Made by a program: the position numbers and the translations under genes
Origin: Clostridia bacterium
GTDB lineage: Bacteria > Bacillota > Clostridia > Oscillospirales > CAG-272
Length of the DNA: 58,498 nt
NCBI GenBank assembly: GCA_017462545.1
Contig: JAFTQX010000019.1
Coordinates: 1 to 58,498, forward strand
Reading direction: 5' to 3'
Shown: positions 17,752 through 26,538 of the stretch, in pieces
Numbering within the stretch: position 1 is the first letter of the stretch
Layout of the letters: the number at the start of each line of letters is the position of its first letter
Notes under the pieces: generated by a model
Database searches by the model: none
Told to the model about the DNA's origin: nothing
The model's input: the letters and a program-made list of their open reading frames with translations, nothing else

Positions 17752-19683
17752 ATGATCATCTTAAGCACATCCGACCTTTCGCTCTCGTTTGGGGGGCGGG
17801 AGATCCTTTCCGGCATCGGCTTTGCCGTTAATGAGGGAGACCGCCTGGGCATCATCGGTGTCAATGGCGCGGGCAAGACCTCGCTGTTTCGCCTGATTAC
17901 GGGAGAGTACACGCCTGACCGCGGCGCGGTGTTTATCGCGCGGGGAAAAACGGTGGGGCTGCTCTCGCAAAGCACGGCGGAGGAGAGCCTTGGCGGCACC
18001 GAATCGCTGCTTGACCATATGATAAACGCCTTCCCCGAGCTGCTTTCGGCCGAAAGGGAGATCGCACGCTTGGAGCAGGAGCTGGCCACCGCCACCTCCC
18101 ACGTTGAGACAACGCGCCTGAGCGAGGCGCTGGGGGAAGCACATCGTGCCTATGCCGCCGGCGGGGGCCTGGAATACCGCGGCCGCTGCCGCGCCATGCT
18201 GCTGCGCATGGGCTTTGCCGAAAGCGAGCTTTCGCTGCCCATCTCCTCTCTTTCCGGCGGGCAAAACACCCGTCTAGCCCTGGCACGCCTGCTCTGCCGT
18301 GAGCCGGATATTCTCATGCTGGACGAGCCGACCAACCATTTGGATATTGACGCGCTGCTATGGCTGGAGGAATTTCTCATCGGCTACAAGAAGACGGTGC
18401 TGCTGATCTCGCATGACCGCTATTTTCTTGACCGCGTGACCACCAAAACGCTGCATATCGAATACACCCACGCCAAGCTCTACCCCGGCAACTATTCCCG
18501 CGCGCGGGAGCTGCGCGAGGCAGAGCGCGAGTCGCTTGACAAGCAATACAAGGAGCAGCAAAAGGTGATTGCCCGCATTCAGGCAAACATCGACTTTCAG
18601 CGTCGCTGCGGGCAGGAGCACAATTTTGTGACCATTCGCGCCAAGCAAAAGCAGCTTGACCGCATGGAGAAGGTAGAGCGCATGGCGGCCGCACCGCGCG
18701 ACATTCGCCTCTCCTTTGCCGAGGAGGAGGGCTCCTCCACCGATGTGCTGCAGGCCAAGAAGCTTTCCTTCTCCTACGGCGAAAAGCCGCTGATCGAAGG
18801 GCTTGATTTCCTCATCCGCCGCGGCGAGCGCGTACTCTTTCTCGGGCAGAACGGCTGTGGAAAATCTACGCTGATGAAGCTGCTGATCGGCCGCCTTGCA
18901 CCGAAGAGCGGGCGGGTAGAGCTTGGCTATCACGTCAAGCCCGGCTACTACGACCAGGAAAATCAAACGCTGACCGAGACCAACACCGTTTTTTCCGAGC
19001 TGCGTGAGGCCTACCCGCAAAAGACGGATGGCGAGCTGCGCTCCGCCCTTGCGCTCTTTCTCTTCTTTGCCGAGGATATGGACAAGCCGATCTCGGTGCT
19101 CTCGGGCGGTGAGCGGGCACGCCTGACGCTCGCCAAAATGATCTTGACCAAGATCAATCTGCTGATCTTGGACGAGCCGACCAACCATCTCGACATCGGC
19201 TCGCGTGAGGCTCTTGAAAACGCCCTCTCCGCCTTTGAGGGAACGGTGGTGGCCGTCTCACACGACCGCTATTTTATCAACCGTGTGGCCACGCGTCTGA
19301 TCGAGTTGGACCCAACCCTGCCGGGCGGCTGCCGTGACTATCCGCTTGACGCAGACGAGGACGCCTACGCGCAATACCGCCGTATGCGAGAGGAGCGCGC
19401 GGCGGCGACGGCTGCCGAAAAGAAGGCACAGGCACCTCTTGTGTCGGACGGAAAGCTGCAATACGAGCAGGCCAAGCGCGAGGCGGCCGAGCGACGCGCG
19501 GCAGAAAAACGTCTGCGCGAGGCAGAAAAAAAGATCCCTCTCTTGGAGGGAGAATTAGAGGAGCTTGAAAAGGAGCTGTTTGGCCCTGCCGCCTCGGACT
19601 ATGTGCGTGCCGCCGAAATTGAGACGCGCCGCGCCGAGATCGAGGAGGAGCTGCTTGCCCTCTACGAGCTTACCATGTCATAA
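17752..19683 (+). CDS. ABC-F family ribosome-associated ATPase
   Basis: Two ABC cassettes (GVNGAGKT, LSGGQ, LDEPTNHLD; GQNGCGKS, LSGGE), no TM segments, C-terminal coiled coil. Confidence 0.93.
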   Translation: MIILSTSDLSLSFGGREILSGIGFAVNEGDRLGIIGVNGAGKTSLFRLITGEYTPDRGAVFIARGKTVGLLSQSTAEESLGGTESLLDHMINAFPELLSAEREIARLEQELATATSHVETTRLSEALGEAHRAYAAGGGLEYRGRCRAMLLRMGFAESELSLPISSLSGGQNTRLALARLLCREPDILMLDEPTNHLDIDALLWLEEFLIGYKKTVLLISHDRYFLDRVTTKTLHIEYTHAKLYPGNYSRARELREAERESLDKQYKEQQKVIARIQANIDFQRRCGQEHNFVTIRAKQKQLDRMEKVERMAAAPRDIRLSFAEEEGSSTDVLQAKKLSFSYGEKPLIEGLDFLIRRGERVLFLGQNGCGKSTLMKLLIGRLAPKSGRVELGYHVKPGYYDQENQTLTETNTVFSELREAYPQKTDGELRSALALFLFFAEDMDKPISVLSGGERARLTLAKMILTKINLLILDEPTNHLDIGSREALENALSAFEGTVVAVSHDRYFINRVATRLIELDPTLPGGCRDYPLDADEDAYAQYRRMREERAAATAAEKKAQAPLVSDGKLQYEQAKREAAERRAAEKRLREAEKKIPLLEGELEELEKELFGPAASDYVRAAEIETRRAEIEEELLALYELTMS

Positions 19684-19699
19684 AGGAAAGGAAACGACC

Positions 19700-19999
19700 A
19701 TGATGAAAAAATGCTTAGTTGCTTTGCTTCTGCTTGCGCTTTGCGCCTCCTTTTTCGCCTGCGGCGGGGAGCATACCCACACCGCTGTGGAGGCTTGGAG
19801 CCATAGCGATATGTACCATTGGCACGCCTGCACGAAAAAGAGCTGCACGGTTGTGCTCAACCAAGTGCCGCACACCTGGAATGACGGCGAGGTCACGAAG
19901 GAGCCAAGCCCGACGGCAGATGGCATCCGAACCTATACCTGCACGATCTGCGGTCACCAAGGCACCGAAGCCATTCCCTACGAGGCAGACGCAAGCTGA
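19700..19999 (+). CDS. Small His/Cys-rich lipoprotein, 99 aa
   Basis: SD then ATG at 19700; signal peptide with lipobox FFAC; HWHAC..C and TYTCTICG motifs. Confidence 0.75.
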   Translation: MMKKCLVALLLLALCASFFACGGEHTHTAVEAWSHSDMYHWHACTKKSCTVVLNQVPHTWNDGEVTKEPSPTADGIRTYTCTICGHQGTEAIPYEADAS

Positions 20000-20002
20000 T
20001 TA

Positions 20003-20040
20003 TAAAATCCGGGTGAGGACATATCCTCACCCGGATTTTA
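20003..20040. terminator. Bidirectional terminator between convergent genes
   Basis: TAAAATCCGGGTGAGGA-cata-TCCTCACCCGGATTTTA perfect inverted repeat. Confidence 0.8.
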
Positions 20041-20042
20041 CA

Positions 20043-20498
20043 TTACTTCCCAAGCAGCATGCGCAGTGCTGCAGGCGTACCGCCGTTGGCCTCTGCCATC
20101 AGCTCATCCATCATTTTGTAGTACTCTTCCCAAAACGCCTCGTCCATCACAACAGGGTTCATAATGCTGTCCACGATCAGATAGATCGCCAGCACAGCAC
20201 CGATAATACCACAGACCAGACCGGCAATGCTCATTCCTTCAAAAAAGCCGACTTGACGACGATGCAGCACCGCAAATACGATCGCCAATACTGCGCAGAT
20301 CAAGCTGACGGGCGACAGGCAGCAGCAAACGATGGCCACGATGCCAAGCACAAGCGAGGCGATGGAAAATGCCTTGCTTTGCCGCTGCATGGGGGATGCA
20401 TACGGATCAAAATACGGCCCTTGGGCGTTGTAATAGCTGTTGTTGTTTTGGTTGTCGGACGGATTTTCGTTGTTCGGGGTATACGGATCTTGATTCAT
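20043..20498 (-). CDS. DUF4190-like membrane protein
   Basis: Low-complexity N/Q/Y N-terminus, AFSIASLVLGI and AGLVCGIIG motifs; SD GGAGG. Confidence 0.75.
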   Translation of the reverse strand: MNQDPYTPNNENPSDNQNNNSYYNAQGPYFDPYASPMQRQSKAFSIASLVLGIVAIVCCCLSPVSLICAVLAIVFAVLHRRQVGFFEGMSIAGLVCGIIGAVLAIYLIVDSIMNPVVMDEAFWEEYYKMMDELMAEANGGTPAALRMLLGK

Positions 20499-20661
20499 AT
20501 ACAGACCTCCTTTTTTGATATGCGTGATGCAATAGGGATACTCTTTTTTCTTCATTATAGCACACGCGGGCAATAAAAATCAATATTTTTTCAAAAATTC
20601 GTGCAATTTCGCGCAAGGCTATGCTATAATAAAGAAAGAAGCAAACAAAGGGTGATGGTTT

Positions 20662-21081
20662 ATGAAACGGCAAACGCGCACATGGCTGATCTATAATCTG
20701 ATGCTGCTGCTTGCTGCGGCGGCCATCACGGTCTATCTGCTGCTGCTGCGCGGGGCGCAGCTTCCCTTTCGCTGTGCGTTTTCCGCACAGTCCCATCTCT
20801 ATTGCCCGGGCTGCGGCTGCACCCGCGCACTAGAGGCCTTGCTGCGCTTTGATCTTCTTTCCTCGCTTTCGGCAAATCCCATGGTGCTTTGGCTGCTCCT
20901 GACCCTGCTGTATTACGAGGTGGCTTTTTTTCTTTCCATGCGGCGAAAAACGGTTCGCGTATCGTCCAAGCCTGCCATCATCTTTGCCTATGCGCTGCTC
21001 GCCCATGCGGTGCTGCGCAACCTGTTGCTTGTTTTTGGGGGCATAGACCCCCTTGGTGATCTTATTCAACACTGGAGATGA
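20662..21081 (+). CDS. DUF2752-like membrane protein
   Basis: CPGCGCTRA motif and ANP; hydrophobic segments. Confidence 0.8.
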   Translation: MKRQTRTWLIYNLMLLLAAAAITVYLLLLRGAQLPFRCAFSAQSHLYCPGCGCTRALEALLRFDLLSSLSANPMVLWLLLTLLYYEVAFFLSMRRKTVRVSSKPAIIFAYALLAHAVLRNLLLVFGGIDPLGDLIQHWR

Positions 21082-21860
21082 TTATGCCTACTGTCAACCG
21101 TGAAAATCTGCACAAAGAGCATCGCAAACGCGTCAAAGAGCGTTTTTTGCGCAGCGGATTAGAGGATTTTGCCCCGCATGAGCTGCTGGAGATGCTGCTC
21201 TTCTACGCCATCCCACAAAAGGATACCAACGAGCTCGGTCATCGACTGATCGAACGTTTTGGCTCGCTCTCGCGCGTTTTTCACGCGTCCTATGAGGAGC
21301 TTTGCGAGGTAGAGGGCATTGGCGATCACGCCGCCACGCTCCTGCGCCTTTGGTTGCCGGCTGCCGCCTACATCCTGACAGACAATCTAAACGAGAGCAA
21401 GCAACGCTTTAACACGGTGGACAAGGTTGGTATGTATTTTATCAATCGCTACATCGGCGCCAAAAACGAGACCGTATATCTGATGCTGCTGGACAACCGT
21501 TTTTCCATGCTCGATTGTATACGGGTGCATGAGGGCTCTGTCAATTCGGTCAGCATTACCGCGCGCCGCCTGCTGGAGCTTGCGCTGCGCAGCAATGCCG
21601 CGATGGCTGTTTTGGCACATAACCACCCCATCGGTATTGCTGTCCCCTCCTCAGAGGATGTTGGCACCACGATGGCCCTGCGCGACTCCTTTGAGGCGAT
21701 CGGCATTCCCTTGCTGGAGCACATTCTGGTGGCCGGTGGAGAATATACGCCTATTTTACTGCGCAGCGAGCGGCAGCTTGCCGAAAGCAAAAGAGGTACA
21801 TCCTTTTACGCAAACTATACATTTCCAAACGAAGAGCGATTACAAAAGGAGCAATCATGA
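21078..21860 (+). CDS. radC: RadC family JAB-domain protein
   Basis: HELLEMLLFYAIP, HhH motif VEGIG, AHNHPIG..PSSED. Confidence 0.9.
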   Translation: MIMPTVNRENLHKEHRKRVKERFLRSGLEDFAPHELLEMLLFYAIPQKDTNELGHRLIERFGSLSRVFHASYEELCEVEGIGDHAATLLRLWLPAAAYILTDNLNESKQRFNTVDKVGMYFINRYIGAKNETVYLMLLDNRFSMLDCIRVHEGSVNSVSITARRLLELALRSNAAMAVLAHNHPIGIAVPSSEDVGTTMALRDSFEAIGIPLLEHILVAGGEYTPILLRSERQLAESKRGTSFYANYTFPNEERLQKEQS

Positions 21861-22588
21861 TCGTATCACATTATCACAGCGCACAGCGCGGCCTTACCCG
21901 CTCGCTGCGCATTGCCATTGTGGCAGATCTGCATAACGAGGCTGACGAGGCGCTTTATCAAAAGCTGCGTGAGGTGGCACCGGAATTTGTGGTGGTGCCG
22001 GGTGATTTTCTCAACGATGCCGAGCACAAGGACGGCGGCCTTGCCTTTTTGCGTGCCTGCGCCGCGCTCTACCCCACCTATTGCTCGATTGGCAATCATG
22101 AGCGAAAGGCGGCCTTGCCCGATCTTGCCGCTTCGGTCAGTGAAACGGGAGCCGAGCTGCTGGACAACCGCGCCATTTTCCGCCATGGCATGTGGATTGG
22201 CGGACTTTCCTCCGGCTGGGGAGAGGGAGAGCGGCAATCGCACCTTGCCAAGACCCCACCGCCCGACGTGGACTTTATTGACGATTTTGCCTCTCGCGAG
22301 GGGTGCCGTCTGCTGCTTTGCCACCACCCCGAGTATTATGAGCCGTATCTTTACGAAAAGAACATCCCCCTGATCATCTCCGGCCATGCCCACGGTGGCC
22401 AGTGGCATTTATTCGGCCACGGGATCTACGCCCCCGGTCAAGGCCTTTTCCCGCACTACACCTCCGGCTTTTATGATGGCCGCCTGCTGGTCAGCCGCGG
22501 GCTTTGCAAAACGCGCCCCTGGATCCCGCGCATCCATAACCCGCGCGAGCTGACGATTCTTGACCTGTGGCCGCAGCCGACGCGCTGA
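21857..22588 (+). CDS. Calcineurin-like metallophosphoesterase (YkuE-like)
   Basis: ADLH, PGD, GNHE, HHP, SGHAHGGQ and SRG motifs. Confidence 0.9.
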   Translation: MIVSHYHSAQRGLTRSLRIAIVADLHNEADEALYQKLREVAPEFVVVPGDFLNDAEHKDGGLAFLRACAALYPTYCSIGNHERKAALPDLAASVSETGAELLDNRAIFRHGMWIGGLSSGWGEGERQSHLAKTPPPDVDFIDDFASREGCRLLLCHHPEYYEPYLYEKNIPLIISGHAHGGQWHLFGHGIYAPGQGLFPHYTSGFYDGRLLVSRGLCKTRPWIPRIHNPRELTILDLWPQPTR

Positions 22589-22610
22589 TCTTCCCCTCCG
22601 CAACGTAATA

Positions 22611-22645
22611 GAAAAACAGCCCTGCCGAAGCAGGGCTGTTCTTTT
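22611..22645. terminator. Bidirectional intrinsic terminator
   Basis: AACAGCCCTGC-CGAA-GCAGGGCTGTT with T-rich tails on both strands. Confidence 0.85.
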
Positions 22646-22838
22646 AGAAAGGAGTCCTCTATGAAACGGGTCGCGCACAAGTCGCGGATGCGCGCCCGTA
22701 CTTTACCATTCCATGAGTACCGCAACATGGGCAGTCATGTAGCCATTATTGGGTATAAAACGGGTGGGATGGATACGCATATCTTTTTTCCTACCTTTCG
22801 TGATGGTTACATGCGCCGTAGCGCCTATGTCAGGTTGC

Positions 22839-23348
22839 CATTGGACCATACCTCAATTTCTGTGAAATAGGCTCTGCCGTTTTTATACATTCGGTGGCAG
22901 ACACCGTTTACTGTAAAAGCGGGTGCACAGGATCTTCTTGATCAAAACCTTCTTTCTATCTTCATCCATCAAAGCGGGTGACGTTCGGGGGACATCTCCC
23001 CTCGGGTTAGGTTTTTGCGAAAGGGATTCCTGTTTATAAAACGTAGAAAGGAGACGGAATCTATCTTCTCGACGTAAGTCTTCTTTGCCCGTTCCTACGC
23101 CTGTACGCTGACGTGGCCGGGGAGCTCTTTCAAAATAAAGGATCAACACGTATCCACTTCTTGTACATGGGTCTATACCTCCCTTTAATGCTTCGTGAGG
23201 TAGGCTTACGTGTACATGGGACCGCTCCTCCTTTTTTATTCAGAAACATACCTTGGGTAAATGCTTAACGGCGCATTGGACCGTACCTCCTGGATGATTT
23301 CGGGTGGCGTTCAATAGACTCTTCGTTGTGCATTGGACCGCACCTCCT
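22839..23348 (-). repeat. Five 18-nt SD-AUG cassettes, consensus (A/G)GGAGG(T/A)RYRG(T/A)CC(A/C)ATG
   Basis: Copies at 23331-23348, 23274-23291, 23215-23232, 23166-23183 and 22839-22856 (last copy has TTGAGG at the SD). Confidence 0.85.
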
Positions 23349-23677
23349 GTTTATTTTGCCGGGATATGCCATGTGTGCGATCACCGCCGGTGATCTTTTT
23401 CTCTCTTCTTCTTCTCTTCTAACCTTCGGCACGCTCCTCGCGTGCGGTTGCACACATCGCTATATAAAAAGCGCCCAAGCCGGAAAACCTTCGTTTTGCG
23501 GTTTGTGCGCCAATTATCTTGTTCTGGTTCGGGCATTTGGGGGATCGATCTTATTTGCCCGTTTGGTGGCACATCAAAAACCGCGCATGAGCATCGCTCG
23601 TCAGAATTTTAGTCATTACGCGCATTTTTGCCACCCCTTTCGGTTTGAATTTGGCTATTTTGCCTCTTTTCACTTAC

Positions 23678-23706
23678 AGTATAGCAGAGGCTTTTCGATT
23701 TGTCAA
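23678..23706 (-). promoter_or_regulatory. Strong sigma-A promoter with AT-rich UP element
   Basis: TTGACA-17 bp-TATACT, extended -10 TG, A/T tracts at 23711-23739. Confidence 0.8.
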
Positions 23707-23750
23707 CCCCTTTTTTAAAATTTTTTCAAAAAATTTTTTGAGGGGGCACA

Positions 23751-24728
23751 TCACTTGCCGAGTGCCTCCAGCAGCGTAGGCATGATGGTTGCCAATACAT
23801 CCTCCGGGCAGCCGTTCAGGGTGCAGCCCGCGGCGCGGACATGGCCGCCGCCACCAAAGGCCTGCGCCACCGCGCTCACATTCGCCTCTACCGAGCGAAG
23901 GGAGACCTTGCTCACCCCCCCCGGCAGCTCACGCACGACCAGGGCGATCTCCACCCCCGCCATCGAGCGAGGGATGTCCACCGCTGTCTCAAAATCATCA
24001 TCCGAAAGGCCTGCGCGGTCGGCAAGCGTTAAGCATACCGCCCCAATGCGCCCGCCTGCGTGTACCGAAAGGCGAGACATGGCGATTTTTTCAGCCGCCA
24101 GCTGCTCGGGCGTGCGACTATCATACAGCAAATGGTTGATCTTATCCGCCTGGATACCCGAGGCGTGCAGCGCGGCCGCAATGCGGTGCGTTTCTGCTGT
24201 GACGTTGGAATACTTAAAGCAGCCGGTATCCGACGAGATGGCGGCATAGATCGCGCCGGCCACGGATACATCGATCTTTGTCAGCGCGCCGCGCGCGCAA
24301 AGCCGCTCGGCCAGGTGATAGATCACCTCGCCCGCCGCTGCGGCATGTGGGCAGATCAGCGAGGGGGCAAAGGCACAGCCCACCTCATGATGGTCAAGCA
24401 TCAGATGAACGCCGCCCGGCAGATATTCCTCGGCAAGAGAGCCAAGCTGCATGGGGGATGCCACATCTACCGCGATCACGGTGCCGCCCTTGTTCTCCTC
24501 TGCCGTGGCCATATCCAGCCCGTCAAACAGGAAGGCAAGGCGGCGGGGCAGCGGATCGGCACAGCGCCAAGCGGCCTTTTTATGTAGCCGCGCCAGAATA
24601 TGACAGAGCGCGGCGGCAGAGCCGACCGTATCCCCATCCGGGTGGGCATGGGAGAGGACGATGGGACGCTCGGCTGCAAGCAGCGTGTCACAAACCTCGT
24701 CCGGCGTCAGGCAAGGAAAATCACTCAT
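23751..24728 (-). CDS. nrnA: DHH/DHHA1 phosphoesterase (nanoRNase/pAp phosphatase)
   Basis: HAHPDGD, LDHH, SDTGCF, SLRS and GGGGHVRAAG motifs; start at MSDF overlapping the rbfA stop. Confidence 0.9.
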   Translation of the reverse strand: MSDFPCLTPDEVCDTLLAAERPIVLSHAHPDGDTVGSAAALCHILARLHKKAAWRCADPLPRRLAFLFDGLDMATAEENKGGTVIAVDVASPMQLGSLAEEYLPGGVHLMLDHHEVGCAFAPSLICPHAAAAGEVIYHLAERLCARGALTKIDVSVAGAIYAAISSDTGCFKYSNVTAETHRIAAALHASGIQADKINHLLYDSRTPEQLAAEKIAMSRLSVHAGGRIGAVCLTLADRAGLSDDDFETAVDIPRSMAGVEIALVVRELPGGVSKVSLRSVEANVSAVAQAFGGGGHVRAAGCTLNGCPEDVLATIMPTLLEALGK

Positions 24729-25122
24729 GCTCTGCCTCCTCGGCGGCAGCGGCCGCCTCGGCCTGCTCACGCGCAAGTCGCGCATCTGCCTCATGAATAT
24801 CCGAAAGGAGGCGGGCAATATGCGCACCATGCTCGATCGAGCCATCAGCCGTAAAGAGCAGATCGGGCGTCAGGCGCAAATTCAGCGTGACGGCCAAATG
24901 GTGGCGCAGCTTTCCCTTGGCAGCCTCCAGCGCGGCCTTGGCCTCCTTTTGGTTGCCAAGCGCAGAAAAATACACACGCGCCACCTTCAAATCGGCGGCG
25001 ACCTCTGCCCGCGTGATGCTGACAAAATGATCGATCAAGCGCGGATCACGCAGCTCCCGCAGGCAAACCGCCAGCTCCTGCGCCACCGCATCGTTGATTC
25101 TTCCTCTTCTGTATTTCGCCAT
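24721..25122 (-). CDS. rbfA: Ribosome-binding factor A
   Basis: LRDPRL, SITRAEVAADLKVARVY and LRLTPDLLF..DGSIEHG motifs. Confidence 0.95.
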   Translation of the reverse strand: MAKYRRGRINDAVAQELAVCLRELRDPRLIDHFVSITRAEVAADLKVARVYFSALGNQKEAKAALEAAKGKLRHHLAVTLNLRLTPDLLFTADGSIEHGAHIARLLSDIHEADARLAREQAEAAAAAEEAEHE

Positions 25123-25328
25123 ATTTCCCATCCTCCTTGCTTGTTATCATTATATTATATCACAGAAAAAAGCCGCTTACAAGGGGTGGTGCAAAAATAA
25201 AGCAGCCTTTGTATGGAAAAGATAGAAAAATTTGCCGTTTGTCTTGCTTTTTTGCCATGTGTGTGCTATACTGAACGCGAAAGCCCCTAAGGGCAAAATT
25301 TGACTTTTCGTGACAAGGAGAGCACAAC

Positions 25329-26360
25329 ATGAAAACCTATCTTCTCCCCAAGGATGGGCAGTTCTACAAGGCAAACCTGCACATGCATACCGTTGTTTCA
25401 GACGGCAAAATGACCCCTGCAGAGGTCAAGGAGGAGTACATGAAGCGCGGCTACTCGATCGTGGCCTACACCGACCATGAGGCACTGGTGCCGCACACCG
25501 AGCTGACCGACGACAAGTTTGTGGCCATCACCTCCTATGAGATTGCCACCAACAAGGGGGCATGCCAAGGCGGCTTCCCCTTTGAGCAGACCTACCACAT
25601 GAACCTCTACGCCAAGGATCCGAACAAGGATCTTTCTCCCGTCTTTACCATGTCCCGCCTGTGGCCGGCCCACGCGGGCAATTATATGAGCGAGGAGGCC
25701 AAGGCGGTAGAGTGGCCGCGCGAATACTCGATTGAATCACTCAACGCGCTGATCGCGCGTGCAAACGAGGACGGCTTTCTTGTCTCCTACAACCACCCGA
25801 ACTGGTCGCTGCAGAATTACAAGGACTATGCCGGTCTGCGTGGCGTGTGGGGCGTTGAGTTCTATAATACCGGTTGCGCTCGCGCCGGCTACCCGGACAC
25901 CATGCAGCCGATCGATGACCTGCTGCAGCAGGGAGAGCGCGTCTTCCCCCTTGCGGCCGACGACGCACACGCGGGTAAGGACACCCTGCACGATTGCTTT
26001 GGCGGCTTTGTGATGGTCAAGGCCGAAAAGCTGGCATACAAAACGGTTATGGAAGCACTGGAAAAGGGCGACTTTTATGCCTCCAGCGGTCCCGCAATCG
26101 AGGAGCTGTATCTGGAAGACGGCGTGCTGCACCTGAAGACCAGCCCTGCCGCCAAGGTAGAGGTGATCACCGAGCGCCGCAGCCGCTGGTGCCGCCGCGG
26201 CGAGGGTCTGACCGAGCTGACCTTTGATCTCTCGGACTACATCAAGACCTCGCGCGAGGTAAGCGAGAAGCGCGCGCCCTCTTACTTCCGCATCACGGTC
26301 ACCGATGCAAGCGGCGAGACCGCGCAGTCCCGCGCTTATTTTGAGGAAGAGTGGAACTAA
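25329..26360 (+). CDS. PHP-family metallohydrolase (CehA/McbA-like)
   Basis: NLHMHT..SDG, TDHE, NHPNWS, DDAH and GDFYASSGP motifs. Confidence 0.82.
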   Translation: MKTYLLPKDGQFYKANLHMHTVVSDGKMTPAEVKEEYMKRGYSIVAYTDHEALVPHTELTDDKFVAITSYEIATNKGACQGGFPFEQTYHMNLYAKDPNKDLSPVFTMSRLWPAHAGNYMSEEAKAVEWPREYSIESLNALIARANEDGFLVSYNHPNWSLQNYKDYAGLRGVWGVEFYNTGCARAGYPDTMQPIDDLLQQGERVFPLAADDAHAGKDTLHDCFGGFVMVKAEKLAYKTVMEALEKGDFYASSGPAIEELYLEDGVLHLKTSPAAKVEVITERRSRWCRRGEGLTELTFDLSDYIKTSREVSEKRAPSYFRITVTDASGETAQSRAYFEEEWN

Positions 26361-26365
26361 CCATA

Positions 26366-26538
26366 TCCCCCGCGAGATTCCGCCATCGCATACGCTTGGC
26401 GCTGCTGCGCAGTTCGACTGCGCGCCCTCACACCGTCATCCTGAGTGAAGGGCGTAGCCCGTAACCGAACCCGTAAGGGTGCCACCGTTAGGTGGCAGGA
26501 TCTTGTGAGGGCGCTCCGCTCAGAATGACGCGCGGGGG
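26366..26538. repeat. Nested palindromic REP-like element (GTCATYCTGAG family)
   Basis: Outer AGATTCC..GTTCGACT..GCTCAGAATGAC unit containing an inner GTCATCCTGAG..CGAAC..AGGATCT unit (26422-26514). Confidence 0.8.

Larger units (their letters stand above)
22611..23671 (-). ncRNA. Putative ~1.06-kb non-coding / micro-ORF RNA
   Basis: Near-consensus promoter at 23678-23706, terminator at 22611-22645, no credible long ORF, repeated SD-AUG cassettes. Not recognised as a known RNA family. Confidence 0.55.

Noticed and set aside
21078-21860. radC as a marker of a prophage or ICE
   Set aside because: It is the full-length chromosomal type, with no integrase, relaxase or phage genes nearby.
22661-22870. 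69-aa plus-strand ORF with a strong SD
   Set aside because: It begins immediately after a terminator with no visible promoter and has no recognisable motifs. It is better explained as the antisense of the minus-strand RNA, though not fully excluded.
23166-23348. CRISPR array interpretation of the 18-nt repeats
   Set aside because: Repeats are short, degenerate, non-palindromic and unevenly spaced, and there are no cas genes in the window.
22611-23671. tmRNA, RNase P RNA, 6S RNA or group II intron
   Set aside because: No tRNA-like ends, no GAGGAAAGUCC, no domain-5 motif, and the length is wrong for 6S. An Rfam scan is still needed to be certain.
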